Source: Sphagnum compactum
Taxonomy: Eukaryota
NCBI GenBank assembly: GCA_965153455.1
Contig: OZ234493.1
Location: forward strand, 14,064,213 to 14,128,212
DNA length: 64,000 nucleotides
Reading direction: 5' to 3'
Shown: in pieces, positions 39,200-52,392 of the stretch
Layout of the letters: the number at the start of each line of letters is the position of its first letter
Position numbering within the stretch: the stretch's first letter is position 1
The notes under the pieces: generated by a model
Told to the model about the DNA's origin: nothing
The model's database searches: none
Seen by the model: only the letters and a program-made list of their open reading frames with translations
Program-made: the position numbers and the translations under genes

Positions 39200-40900
39200 G
39201 TTGGTTTGCAATTTTTGTTCTAGTAGAACTTTAAACCTTTGAAAGCTCTTTAGAAGAACCTTCGACCTCTTGTAAGAGAGATCATTGGTTAGGATTAGTT
39301 CTTTTCTTCACCCCCAAGATACATTCTCAATAACATATGAATTCTTCACAAGACCTTGGAGTGAACAAGATAGTTTGAACAAAATATGGTCTTTTCCAAA
39401 TTAGACTTCTCTAAATCATATGATTGGGTCTTCTTGCCTTTTTTATTTTCGATTACCTTCTTCACCTAGGTTTCCTTGAAGAAATCTTCGCCATGGTCTA
39501 CTTAGCGTTCATGGATGCTCAAGAAGTTGTCTAAACGCTATAGCTCATGGTGATGAATTTCATTGGCAATGGGCCAAGGAAGGAGAGTTGTTGAGGCATC
39601 CCCTTCCGATTGGGTGTGGAGGTCTCAATGTAGATCATTTTTCTTAACAAAGCTAGAAAAAACCAGTGGAGATTCTCACTTTTCTATGAGAAAGTCTGGT
39701 TCTTAGAAGAGCTTCTTGGGCAATGGTCCATGGACATAGTTGCAAGTCTAGCTTGGGAATTAGGATTGAATCAACACTTCATGGAAACAATTATGTAAGA
39801 TGACTTGGCAATCTCCACCACCTAAGAATTGGGAAACTCTTGCAAGGAGAATTCTTTGTCATATCATTCTGGGCGAATTCATTAGACTCTGCACTCCAAC
39901 ACAACCCTGGGCTTTCTGGACTCTTTCAACTAAATGGAATGAATTATAGTTCTTAGACTTTCATTCCTTGGGATGTAGCACAAGAACACTTCAGGATTCT
40001 TCAAACATAAAACCCCATATGGGACAACCTTCTTGCTACCATTATAGCTAATTGATTGCACCAGTTTGGACAACATATGTGGACTTGATGGGTTGGTTTC
40101 TTTGATGTTGAAGACTCCCTAATACCTATTACCTTTAAAGTGTTTTTCCAGACTTGTGATGAGATTTCACCTCCTCTTGACACGACCCATCAACAAACTC
40201 ATATTGTTACATCCAACTCAAAGGGCTTTGTTGTGGGGCCCTAAATTTGTCACCTTCAAGCTTTGGAATGCCAAAGAGCCCATAAACGTGACAGAAACAT
40301 TTTAGATATGGTGAAAGTTATCTTGGTGAACCCGAAAACATCTCAACAATCGGTGTTTATTTCTTGGACAGAGGTTGGGCCATTGATTTGGATTCAAAGA
40401 TCTTGATTGTTCTAGGAATGAAGTTGAAAACACTATTTGGGTAGTAGCCCTCCTTGACTACCTATGGCATGCTACTAACTTGAAGACAAGTTGTCCACAA
40501 CATGGTTAAGGTTCTTGCATGTGAAAAACTCTTCCTTCAAGAATTTGATCAATTGTGGGGGAGCTAGGCATATTATATATTAAAGGGGAAAATATAAGAC
40601 TTTTTGGTGCTATTGGAGGCCCAGAAGGGGGCATCCCTCTAATGTAATTTGTGACTTCTCTCAGGCATTTGTAGTGAGTATGGCTCCCTGTTGTGTTCCA
40701 CTGTCTGGTCTTTTTTCTTTGCAATGGTTTCCAGTTGTTTTTCTTATTTTGGAACAAACAATGGTTTCCATCTGTTCAATATACGAGAAACTCCAGGGGT
40801 GATTTCCCCCTTTTTGGTTTACACAATTCTACTAGACCAATCTACCCTCACTTATTCCAACAAATTTTCACATAAGATCTTTGGTGTCAGCTACTATGGC
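39200..40900 (-). mobile_element. Decayed LINE-like remnant (endonuclease region)
   Basis: SVQEI and VHICCPN loosely resemble the APE endonuclease 'LQETK' and 'VNIYAPN' motifs. Many stops. Confidence 0.3.
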
Positions 40901-40943
40901 CTGTGTTCATACACTAGCAGGTTTTCTCTTCCTTAGGTTTGCA

Positions 40944-41178
40944 ATATTTCATGGTAGCAGAAGCTCAAATCAACAATCTGGAGAGACCCATTTCCACATT
41001 ATGATATTTTATGGTAGCAGAAGCTCAAATCAACAATCTGGAGAGACCCATTTCCACATTATGATCTTTCGTACTAGCAGAAGCTCAAATCAACAATCTG
41101 GAGAGATCCATTTCGACATTATGATATTTCATACTACCAGAAGCTCAAATCAACAATCTGGAGAGACCCATTTTCACG
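40944..41178. repeat. Tandem repeat, 4 x 60 bp
   Basis: Unit ATATTTCATGGTAGCAGAAGCTCAAATCAACAATCTGGAGAGACCCATTTCCACATTATG. Confidence 0.95.
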
Positions 41179-41943
41179 TTGTAATTTCCAGCATTTTTTC
41201 AAAACCACTAAGAAAAACAAGGAAAAATGTGCACCCAAAATCATTAATAGAAATGGCACAGATATGATAATGTCACACTGGTGGGTGGGTTTGACAAACA
41301 AGTTGTCAAAATTGGAGTGATGTTTGGACAGAAGCATCAATTCTAGACATCGGGTCTCTCACCAGATCCTCTCCTCATCCCACAGCATACAGATTCCACT
41401 AGTCCTGCACAATAGTGAGATATTAGTCAGGCTAAATAATTGTCATTGAAATTGAGGAAGAGATGGAAAGAAATGTTATGATCCTGAAATTATTGTGACT
41501 GATCAAAGGAGGTTCTAGTGGAGAAAGAGAAGAGATAAGAGCTCTGTTGGGGCAGCAGATGATTGAAGAAAACAAAGGAAAAAAAGAAGACAGTGCCATG
41601 TGTCTCAAGAGACATGAAGTAAACTCACTTGCCGAAAGCAACTCAACTTGGGCCAGAGTGAATTAACAGCCACCAATGCACCAGTTGGCCGTTCTGTCCA
41701 CTGGATGGGTTGCGTTTTTTCATTCGGCGCCGGATGGGGTTCGTGACAGTCCATTTCTTTTTGCTGCTGACCATTGTACTTTTTTTTTTTGGTTCTTGCT
41801 CGTTTTTCCCTGGACCTGACCTCACACATAGCTACCCTCCTCACTTTTCTACCCTGTTCACTTTTCTACCTAGCTACTGTACTCACCACCTACCCTACTA
41901 ACCTAACTACCCTATTAATTACATACCCTACCCTAAAAACCCT

Positions 41944-42212
41944 ACCCTAAATGCAATACCTGCATTTTGGGCCATTTCGAAAGTACGCATGTGGGGTTCA
42001 AGCTTTCTTTATACAAAGATCCTACCCTAAATGCAATACCTGCATTTTGGGCCATTTCGAAAGTACGCATGTGGGGTTCAAGCTTTCTTTATACAAATAT
42101 CCTACCCTAAATGCAATACCTACATTTTGGGCCATCGAAAAAGTACGCATGTGGGGTTTAATCATTTCTTATACAAAGATCATACCCTAAATGCAATACT
42201 TACATTTTGGGT
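41944..42212. repeat. Tandem ~80-bp array (4 units); related arrays at 43365-43720, 44424-44615 and 49332-49522
   Basis: Unit TACCCTAAATGCAATACCTGCATTTTGGGCCATTTCGAAAGTACGCATGTGGGGTT... Confidence 0.92.
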
Positions 42213-42840
42213 CACACCACTAACCAAGCTACTGTACTAACCACCTTCTCTACTAACCTAGCTACTCTATTAATTACATACCCTACTAACTTAACCATTA
42301 GGTTTAGGGTTGAGACACATAAATTAATTGATAAGTTTTCCATAAATGTATAGTAATTAATTTAAAGTAAGCTAAATTTGGGGGGAAATTTTTAGGGTTT
42401 ACACACATGTGAAGTAATACAATTGCATTTTATACCTTCTTCAAAAAGAGTGGAAAAATTAGGTTGGAAAAATCACACAAAGGTAAAAGACATATCTTCT
42501 TTTTTGGTTTTGTACGAAATTTATTTGATTATTTTTAAAGATTAACGTATTTTCTTTCAGTTAATAAATATTTATAATTTAAAACCTTTGAATTTTGGTT
42601 TCTAATTTTTTTCCTATGTTCTTTTAAATTTGTTTATTTTGCATTATATGATTTGTATAGTTTGTATAGTTTTTTGCGTTTAGGGCATATATCACTAAAT
42701 CTTCTTTTTGTTAGGGTTTGTATAATTAGGGTTGTAATAAGCCTTATGTCAAAATATCATTTGGATTTGTAAGGTTATGTTTTATGATTTAATGTATAGG
42801 AATTTGGTTCATATATTTCAAAACTGATATTTTACTTTAA

Positions 42841-44109
42841 TAAATGTCTCAATTACTAATCAAGATTGTTGCCATTGGCACTAAATTTTTTGTTTTAGAA
42901 TCAATTTTGTATGGAGGAAACCATAGCCCAAATTCTTTGAACAGCATGTATTCAACACACACATGAAGTCTAATATGGCACAAAGCTTATTATTGTTTCC
43001 AAGTAATAAACACAAAAAGTGTGAAATGCAAAAACACAAGGATAATGATAATATTAGTGTTAAATGCAGATATTATAATTAGGCCCCAAAATCCCAGTTG
43101 GTAAAAGTAAATACAAGTGCAAGTAATACCCCAAAATTCCAGTTGGTAAAAGTAAGTACGGGTGTAGGTATTGCAACGAAACCCCAAAATTCCAGTTGGT
43201 AGAGGTAAGTATAAGTTTGGGTATTTCAAGTCGAAATGAAAAAACAAGCCTAAATGCAATACCCACGTTTCAAAAAAACCCATCTAAATGGTTTGGATAC
43301 CTTTAAGTGAAGACCTAGCCCTAAACACAATATGCACATGCAAAATCATTTTGAAATAACCCAACCCTAAATGCAATACCTGCAATTTGGGCCACTCCGA
43401 AAGGACGCATGTAGGGTTTAAGCTTTCTTTATATGAAGATCCTACCCCAAATGCAATACCTGCAATTTGGGCCATTCCGAAAGGACGCATGTAGGGTTTA
43501 AGCTTCTTTATATGAAGATCCTACCCTAAATGCAATACCTGCATTTTGGGCCACACAAAAAATACGCATGTGGGGTTTAAGCATCTTTATACGAAAATCC
43601 TACCCTAAATGCAATACCTGCATTTTGGGCCACTCCGAAAGGACGCATGTAGGGTTTAAGCTTTCTTTATATGAAGATCCTACCCTAAATGCAATACCTG
43701 CATTTTGGGGCACACAAAAATAGTTAGTTAATTTCAAATTAATATGCTAACAAAGGTGTGTATAAAGGTTAGGGTTGTTGATTAGGAATTCCATGATTTT
43801 TACTTCTTTTCATGAATTTGAAAAGAGGTTGTATTGTTTGTGGATCAAATAATACAATGACAATTGTGATCAAGCTTATCTTGGTGTAGGAATTTTTCAT
43901 GAAAAAACTAAACTTACAATCTATAACATGGAATAATTATCTTAAATAGTGATTTCAATAACTTATTAAAACAAAAATATACTTAAGTTAATTAATCAAA
44001 TATCAAATTAATCAATCTGATTTTTAGATCCAACTTTTTATTATCCAAGTAAATAAAATTAAGCCAAATGATTAGTTGATTATTCCAAATAAATAAATGA
44101 TTATCTAAT
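42841..44109. repeat. Long internal direct repeat; second copy at 48799-49913
   Basis: Both copies begin TAAATGT(C/T)TCAATTACTAATCAAGATTGTTGCCATT, end AAATAAATGATTATCTAAT, and are colinear throughout. Confidence 0.9.
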
Positions 44110-46105
44110 GTTTAGGGCATATATCATTAAGACTTTTTTTTGTTAGGGTTTGGTAAAAATAAGTACAAGTGCAAGTATTGAAATTATGCCCCAAAATTCC
44201 AGTTGGTAAAAGTAAGTACGGGTGTAGGTATTGCAACGAAACCCCAAAATTCTAGTTGGTAAAGGTAAGTATAAGTTTGGGTATTTCAAGTTGAAATGAA
44301 AAAACAAACCTAAATGTAATACCCACGTTTCAAAAAAACCCATTTAAATGGTTTGGATACCCTTAAGTGAAGACCTAGCCCTAAACACAATATGCAGACG
44401 CAAAGTCACTTTGAAAAAACCTTACCCTAAATGCAATACCTGCATTTCGGGCCATTTCGAAAGTACGCATGTGGGTTTAAGCATCTTTATACGAAGATCT
44501 TACCCTAAATGCAATACCTGCATTTAGGGTCACTCCGAAAGTATGCATGTGGGGTTTAGGGTTCTTTATATGAAGATCCCACTCTAAATGCAATACCTGC
44601 ATTTGGGGTCATTCCGAATAGCTACCCTGCTCACTTTCCTACCCTCATAAGTATTGCACCAACCTTAGTACCTTATTTATTATCCCCTACTGACACAGCT
44701 ACCCTAATAACTAATTATCCTACTGACCTAGCTATTGTACTAACCACCTACCCTACTAACCTAATTACTCTATTAATTACATACCCTACTAACTTAACCA
44801 TTAGGTTTAGGGTTGAGACACATAAATTAATTAATAAGTTTTTCACAAATGTATAGTAATTAATCTAAAGTAGGCTAAATTTGGGGGGAAAATTTTAGGG
44901 TTTACACATATGTGAAGTAATACAATTGCATTCTATATCTTCTTCAAAAAGAGTGGAAAAAATTAAGTTGGAGAGATCACACAAAGGTAAGAGACATATC
45001 TTCTCTTTTGGTTTTGTATGAAATTTATTTGATTGTTTTTAAAGATTAACGTATTTTGCATTATATAATTTGTATAGTTTGTATAGTTTTTTGGGTTTAG
45101 GACATATATCACTAAGACTTTTTTTTTTAGGGTTTGTATAATTAGGGTTGTAATAAGGCTTATGGCAAAATATCATTTGGATTTTTAAGGTTATGCTTTA
45201 TTATTTAGTGTATAAAAATTTGGTTCATATATTTTAGAACTTAAGGTTTATACTCTAAATTTTGCTCATTGTATTGGATTTTGATCTTTTCACTTGTTTA
45301 AATCTATACCATAATTTGAATTTCCTTTGTTTCCATATGTTCCATAATTCCTAGAGTTTAATATTTTCTAACCCATTTTTGTACGAGTTATGATTTTTTA
45401 GGGTTGCGTTTTCAATTGGGACTTTAAACTTTGGTGGACCGTTGTCATCTTTTATTCTTAAAGGTATGCATTTGTCTCTTGTTACTTCTTTTGTTTTTTT
45501 GTTTATATTTTCATAATCCAAACTCTTTTCATTTCCTAGTTGTTGGATATAGAAAGGGCATCAAGTTTCATTAAGTATACAAGCATAGATAAAGGTTTTA
45601 TACTTTTACATGGATATTTCATATTCAATATTTCTTTGTAGTTTATTTTTTCATACCCATATGCGAATAATGCATTGACTACCCACAACCAGTGTGGGTT
45701 TTATGGCTTAAGGTAGGTATTGCATTTTGCACCTCTCAAACAGTGTGCATTAACTATCATTATGTGGGTATTGCTACATGGGGTTTTCAAACATTATGGG
45801 TTTAAGGTACAATACGGGTATTGCATATGAGAAAATTTTCGATGAGGGGAGGTTTAATAGCTCAATGTGGGTATTGCCAAAGTTTGTTTTAGTATATGGG
45901 TTCATAATGCAAGTATTGTACGTTATGTACATTGGAATAGTATTTTTTTATATCATGATATGGGTGTTGTAATGGGAATTCCAAGTCACAACATTGATTT
46001 TAAAGGAGCCATGTATGTATTGCATTTTGGGTTTTTGTTCAATGATGAATGCTTAGAGTATTATAAATTCTCTTGATGCAGGAATTTGTCCTACTTCTTT
46101 CAATC

Positions 46106-48801
46106 ATGCCAAGGATTCCAAAGTCCCATTCCATTCATGTCCAAAACCCCACCAAGTCCCCTTTCTCAAACAAAGATTTGGTGTGGACATCTGGGATACG
46201 CCATGGAGGGCAAAATAAAGTGACCATTCAATTTGCTTATGTTCCATATGCTCGCATCTCCGAATTCTTGGAAGGTGAACGAGGGGATACGAGCACCCCT
46301 GTGGAATGGAGTGTTTACAAAAACTTTCCAAGCCAAACGGATGTCAAGCGACCAACTATCAAAAACCACCTCGGGCATACATGGTAAACATTTATGGCAT
46401 TAACCTTTTTAATTTCTTTACTTCATATACCAAAGATGTAATAATTTACGTTTTGAAAGTTTTTTGGTTTAGGTATCAATGCGTATATGGACCAGAGGAC
46501 TATTGAGAAAATTCAACCCACATTCGATCTATTAAACGAGGATGCCTAGCGTCATTCTCAATCAAACGTCTATACACACGACCTGATGTGGCTGAGATCA
46601 CAATTTATCATAAGGCCCATACACGAATTGATGGGTCATTCGCACATGGTGAGCATGACCCAGAGTCCATTTCTCGTATGTCTCGTTATGCTCCACGCAT
46701 GTCACAAGCATTGAAAGACCACATATGGGCCCAACTAAGCTTAGGTTATACGACCAATCAAATATATGACAAGCATAAAGCAATTTGGTGGGAACGTGTG
46801 AATGCGGGTCAAAGCATGACACGAGATGATTTTATTCGGCTTCAAGACATTGCATATTTAGATCGGAAACATAAGAAAGGGAGTTGGCGTTTACACACTA
46901 ACCCTGCAATTTCAATTCGGTCTTGGGCTCTCCAACATCCAGAAGATGTGTTCTTTTTCCAAGATGTTGGTGAAATGAACGGAACTCAAGTCCCATTCAC
47001 CATAGGTATTCAAACACCAACTCAATGTGAGTCCATGCTATCATATGGTCACAATGGTGCCATTTCTATGGATGCAACATTTGGCACAAATGACATGAAA
47101 TTCCATCTATTCACCTTGATGGGATTTGATGATCATCGCACGGGTGTCCCTTTAGCCTGGATCATTACAAGTAGGCAAACAGTGCAAGATTTGATCGAAT
47201 GGTTGAAACCATTAAAAGAGAAGATGTTATCACACATGCCGCATTGGAAACCATCATGTTTTCTTGTTGATGATGCACCTCAAGAATTGAAGGCATTACG
47301 GTTAGTTCTATACCTAGTATCGACTTTGTGTTTATTTCCTTAAATGTTTTTTAATATCTTTCATAAAATTCTTGATTACTTCAAATGCATTTTATGTTGT
47401 ACTAACCCCATCCACTCATGGAGATTTTATTGCATATGTGTCCTTATTAGGGTCGTATGGGGTATGGACAAGGTTCCCATCTACCTTTGTTGTTGGCATG
47501 TTCTCAAAGCATGGCGCCTACGTGGTATTGAAAAAATCAAAGATGTGGAAGTGCGGGGTGGAATCCTCCAAGATCTTCATGATGTGATGTACATGTCCAT
47601 CAATCATGGAGAAACAATTGATGACTTCAAAGAGCGTGGGAGGGTTGCTGTGAGAGAAAGCCGTCATAAACATAGGCCTGGTGATGCGTGGACAAACTAT
47701 TTCTGGACTTATTACCATCAATTTGGTAAGTGATAATATTTATCATGGTTCAACATTCAAAATTATTTTGTATAATGTTATTCATCCTTATGTATTGTGT
47801 TTATGTTTGTAGAATTATGGATGGTGGGTGTTCGAAGAGTGCCCCATTCCAACCAAGACACCCAAGCGAGCATTGAATCATATCATGGTGCATTGAAACG
47901 TTGGCTTGCTCTTGACACAAAAGGCCTTAGAGGGCGTAGGATTGACTGGTTGGTGTGGCGATTAACAACAACCGTTGCACACCACTACATGCACACATTG
48001 GAAATGAAAAAGAGGGGTTTCATAAAAAACAAGGTTATGGAGGCCATTATTACACGAAGTGTGGAAAAGGCAACCCTTATTCCACTCAGCCATGTGTACC
48101 AACCAACCCTTGAGAGTGATGGAGCTTGGGCCGTACGGAGCCAACACCTTCCCAATGTTATTTACACGGTGAAATTCTCATTCACCGAAATGTTTTGTTG
48201 CACATGCGAATGGGCATTGCGAGGGAACATGTGTAAACACCAAATTAAGGTCATTCTCACATGCACAGACATTTCTCAAAAGGATATCATTCATTACTGT
48301 GGAACATGGTATGGATCACATCGTGGAGGGTTGGGTCACATGTTTGCAGACCCGCAACATATTCCAGATGATATGGAGTCCAGTGATGATGACGAAGATG
48401 ATCATCTTGAAGGTGATGATGGGATCATGAAATTTGATGGGCTCATGAACATGGAGCAAAATGATCTCCCTATGGGTGCCATTGTAGGGTTTAATGAGAC
48501 AATAAATTCATCAACCCCAATGGAAAGGGCTCTTACACAATTGGTCACTACAATGCAAGAGATCACAAATGAATGTAAAGAAGGCGATGTGACACTTTGT
48601 GAACATGCCACCTCACATATGAGAGTATTGGCATGTAATATTCGTAACATACGCCTCACAAAAGCAAATGCAATTTCACACCCAGGATTGGTGTTACATC
48701 GTGTAGAAGATGGATTGGGAAATAGTGTCAAACGGTTCAAAGATTGGCATGAAACAATGCTCAATCACACAAATGTACGTACTAAACGATGTCATGAATA
48801 A
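46106..48801 (+). pseudogene. MULE transposase (N-terminal Zn-binding domain, DDE core, SWIM finger); exons 46106-46383, 46473-47300, 47451-47725, 47813-48801 (790 codons) with one premature TGA
   Basis: Motifs MDATFGTN, FLVDDAPQE, LCCWH, SIESYH and SWIM CTCEWALRGNMCKH. Three GT-AG introns keep the frame. TGA at 46504-46506 (GPEDY*ENS). Confidence 0.88.
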
Positions 48802-51749
48802 ATGTTTCAATTACTAATCAAGATTGTTGCCATTAGCACTAAAACTTTTCTTTTAGAATCAATTTTGTATGGAGGAAATCATACCCCAAATTATTTGAAC
48901 ATCATGTATTCAACACACACATGAAGTCTAATATGGCACAAAGGTTATTATTGTTTCCAAGTAATAAGCACAAAAAGTGTGAAATGCAAAAACACAAGGA
49001 TAATGATAATATTAGTGTTAGATGCAGGTATTGTAACTAGGCCCCAAAATCCCAGTTGGTAAAAGTAAGTACAATTGCAAGTATTGCAATCATGCCCCAA
49101 AATTCCAATTTGTAAAGGTAAGTACGGATGTAGGTATTGCAATGAAACCCCAACATTCCACTTAGTAGAGGTAAGTATAAGTTCAGGTATTGCAAGTTTA
49201 AATGAAAAACAAGCCTAAATGCAATACCCACACGTTTAAAAAAAAAACCCATTTAAATGGTTTGGATACCCTTAAGTGAAGACCTAGCCTTAAACACAAT
49301 ATGCAGACGCAAAGTCACTTTGAAAAAACCTTACCCTAAATGCAATACCTGCATTTTGGGCCATTTCGAAAGTACCCATGTGGGTTTAAGCATCTTTATA
49401 TGAAGATCCTACCCTAAATGCAATACCTGCACTTTGGGTCACACAAAAAATATGCATGTGGGGTTTAAGCCTTCTTTAAATGAAGATCCTACCCTAAATG
49501 CAATACCTGCATTTTGGGTCATTCTAAAATAATTAGTTAATTTCAAAATCATATGCTAACAAAGGTGTGTATGGAGGTTGGGGTTGTTGATTAGGAATCC
49601 ATGATTCTTATTTTTTTTCATGAATTTTAAAAGAGGTTCTATTGTTTGTGGAACAAATAGTACAATGACAATTGTGATCAAGCTTATTTTAGTGTAAGAA
49701 ATTTTCATGAAAGAGTTGAACTTGCAATCTATAATATGGAATAATTATCTTAAATAGTGATTCCAATAACTTATTAAAACAAAAATATACTAAAGTTAGT
49801 TAATCAAATATCAAATTAATTAATCTGATTAAATCCAACATTTTATTTTCAAGTAAATAAATTTAAGCCAAATGATTAATTAATTATATTAAATAAATAA
49901 ATGATTATCTAATTCTTCATAATTAATCATTTAAATTATCTAAAATAATGGTCTATTAATTATTTAATTATATGACAAATTTTATTGATAATTCATTAAT
50001 TATCATAAATATTTTATATTAAATTGGCCGAAATGTTTTAGGGTTTAGACATATGTGAAACAATACAATTTCATTATATATCTTCCTAAAAGAGATTGGG
50101 AAAGTTAGGTTGGAGTTATCACACAAAGGTAAAAAACAAACCTTATGTGAAAACCCAACCCTAAATGCAATACAAAGTTTGTCAAGATCAAAAAATAAAA
50201 AGTTCAAGCTTAAATATTTTTCAACGATGTTCATATTTTTTTTCCCCTTTTAAAGTTGTATATTCATACTAAAAACATAAATATAAAGTCTTTAATTTAA
50301 CAAGATTTTAAATTATGTTTAAAAAAAATTCAAAGCACGTAATTTTCTACTTTCTTTTTTTCTGTTTCACATAATAATAAAAATGATCTCTCCCATATAT
50401 TAATCCTATGTTTAATTGAAATTTTAATTTATACTTTTCTGATATATAGTAAATAATTTCTTGGTTAAAATATTCATATAGTGGGTCAAAAATATTTTAT
50501 ATTTTATAGATATATAACACAAGTCCTTATGTAAACTTTATTTTTTATGATGTATAATATTGGTTTAAATATTGGTCCAAATATATTGTTATTTATAACA
50601 CTTAATATATAAATAATGATATTATGGAATTATACTGTTGATCCAAATCAATACATATAATATTTTAGGGTTTAGGGTTGGGTTTTCATAGGTTAGGGTT
50701 GGGTAAACCCTAAAACCCTAATCCCTACAAATATAGCTATTTGTTAAGTAACCTAATTAACTACCTGATAGGCTACCTACTTAATATAGGCCTATTATGT
50801 AATTTATTCATTAATGTAAGCTTTCTAAATTAATATCTTAAATGGTCTATGTAGGTATTGAAGGTGATTGAATGTATTAAGTAAACCCACTAGTCATATA
50901 GGTAATATACTAGCCTAGGCGACGTAAGCCTAATAAGTATTTATGATAGTTTAATGTCTAATCCTTCTTGTGTTATAACATTTTAAATTTGAACTAAAAG
51001 AATTTATCAAAAAGAAAGCACATTTTTCCATATAATTGTTATAAGTATATACTATTGGAGTATGATTCAAATTTAGAGTTTGGGAAACCCTAAATTAATT
51101 AACAATTTTTTTACAAATTAATAGTAAATAAAATAAATCTACGGTGCATTATAGGGGGAATTTTATATGTAAAAAAATGCAATACATATTTTTAAAGAAA
51201 TTGAAATAGATCAGCTTGGAGATTAACAAATGGTAAAAGACATACCTTCTTTTGTGTTTTGTCACAAATTTTATTTAATTATTAAACATTATGGCTAAAT
51301 TTACAAATGGTGAAAGTAAGTATGTGTGTGGATATTGCAAAATTATATGAAACCTTAACCCTAAATGCAATAGCCATATTCATGTTTATTTGAAAATAAC
51401 CCATAGGTGAATAAGGTAAAACCTACAATGAAAGGGCAACCTTAAATGTAATACCCACATGTAAGGTCACTTTGAAATACCCAATATGTAGTTTGGGTGC
51501 GCCTTTGAATGAAGACCAAGGCCTAGATAAAATACCTACATGCAAGATCATATTGAAATAATACATAGGTGATTGAAGGAAACCATATGTGAAGACCCTA
51601 AACCCTCAATGCAATACTCGCATGTAATGTCATTTCAAAAGTGGCCTCGGTACCAAAATTATGTCTTTTTATATACCCAAAATTAATTATTATTCTAAAT
51701 TAATTTTATTACAAAATGTAAGTTTCATAATGAATGTAAAAACCAGCAC

Positions 51750-51992
51750 CTATTATGGGACCTACATGCGAGTATTGCAAGAGATGGAAAAAAACCAGGG
51801 GTTATAAGGGAACAATATGCGGGTATTGCAAGGAATGTTTAAAAAACCCAGTGGCTATTATGGGACCTATATGCGGGTATTGCAAGGAATGTTTATAAAA
51901 CCTAGTGGCTATTATGGGACCTATATGCGGGTATTGCAACGAATGCAAAATGCATATGGCTATTTTGGGCCTATATGTGGGTATTGCATTTT
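51750..51992. repeat. Tandem ~55-bp repeats carrying GGTATTGCA
   Basis: CTATTATGGGACCTATATGCGGGTATTGCAA repeated about 5 times. Confidence 0.85.
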
Positions 51993-52392
51993 TGAAAATG
52001 GAGTTCATAATAGAGAATGATGTAGGTATTATATGTTTAAAATGTGTGGATTGTTTTAAAAGTCTTCAGGTGATGTGAGTCGTATTATATTAGATATAAG
52101 TATTGCATAATGTTCATTTTGATCTTTGGTTTGATTCTTACATCTCCAGTACTAAAAAAATTATGACAAAGAAAACATATATGATTAACCATATACCCAT
52201 CAACAAGTGTGAATAGAAGGTACTATTATATTGATAAAAGATGTACAAAAATGGGTGCATGAAAAATTACTAAAGAACCTATTGAAAAAAAAGTGTTGGT
52301 TCTCTATAACATATCAAAGGATTGAAGTTCAAAATTGGGTAGTCCAAAAATGAAAGGGTTACAAAACCTAATTAATTATATAAAGTGAAACC

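Noticed and set aside
41944-44615. 80-bp arrays as CRISPR arrays
   Set aside because: Whole units are tandemly repeated with no unique spacers.
42841-49913. Direct repeats interpreted as LTRs
   Set aside because: No TG...CA ends, PBS/PPT or gag-pol; the enclosed gene is a MULE transposase.
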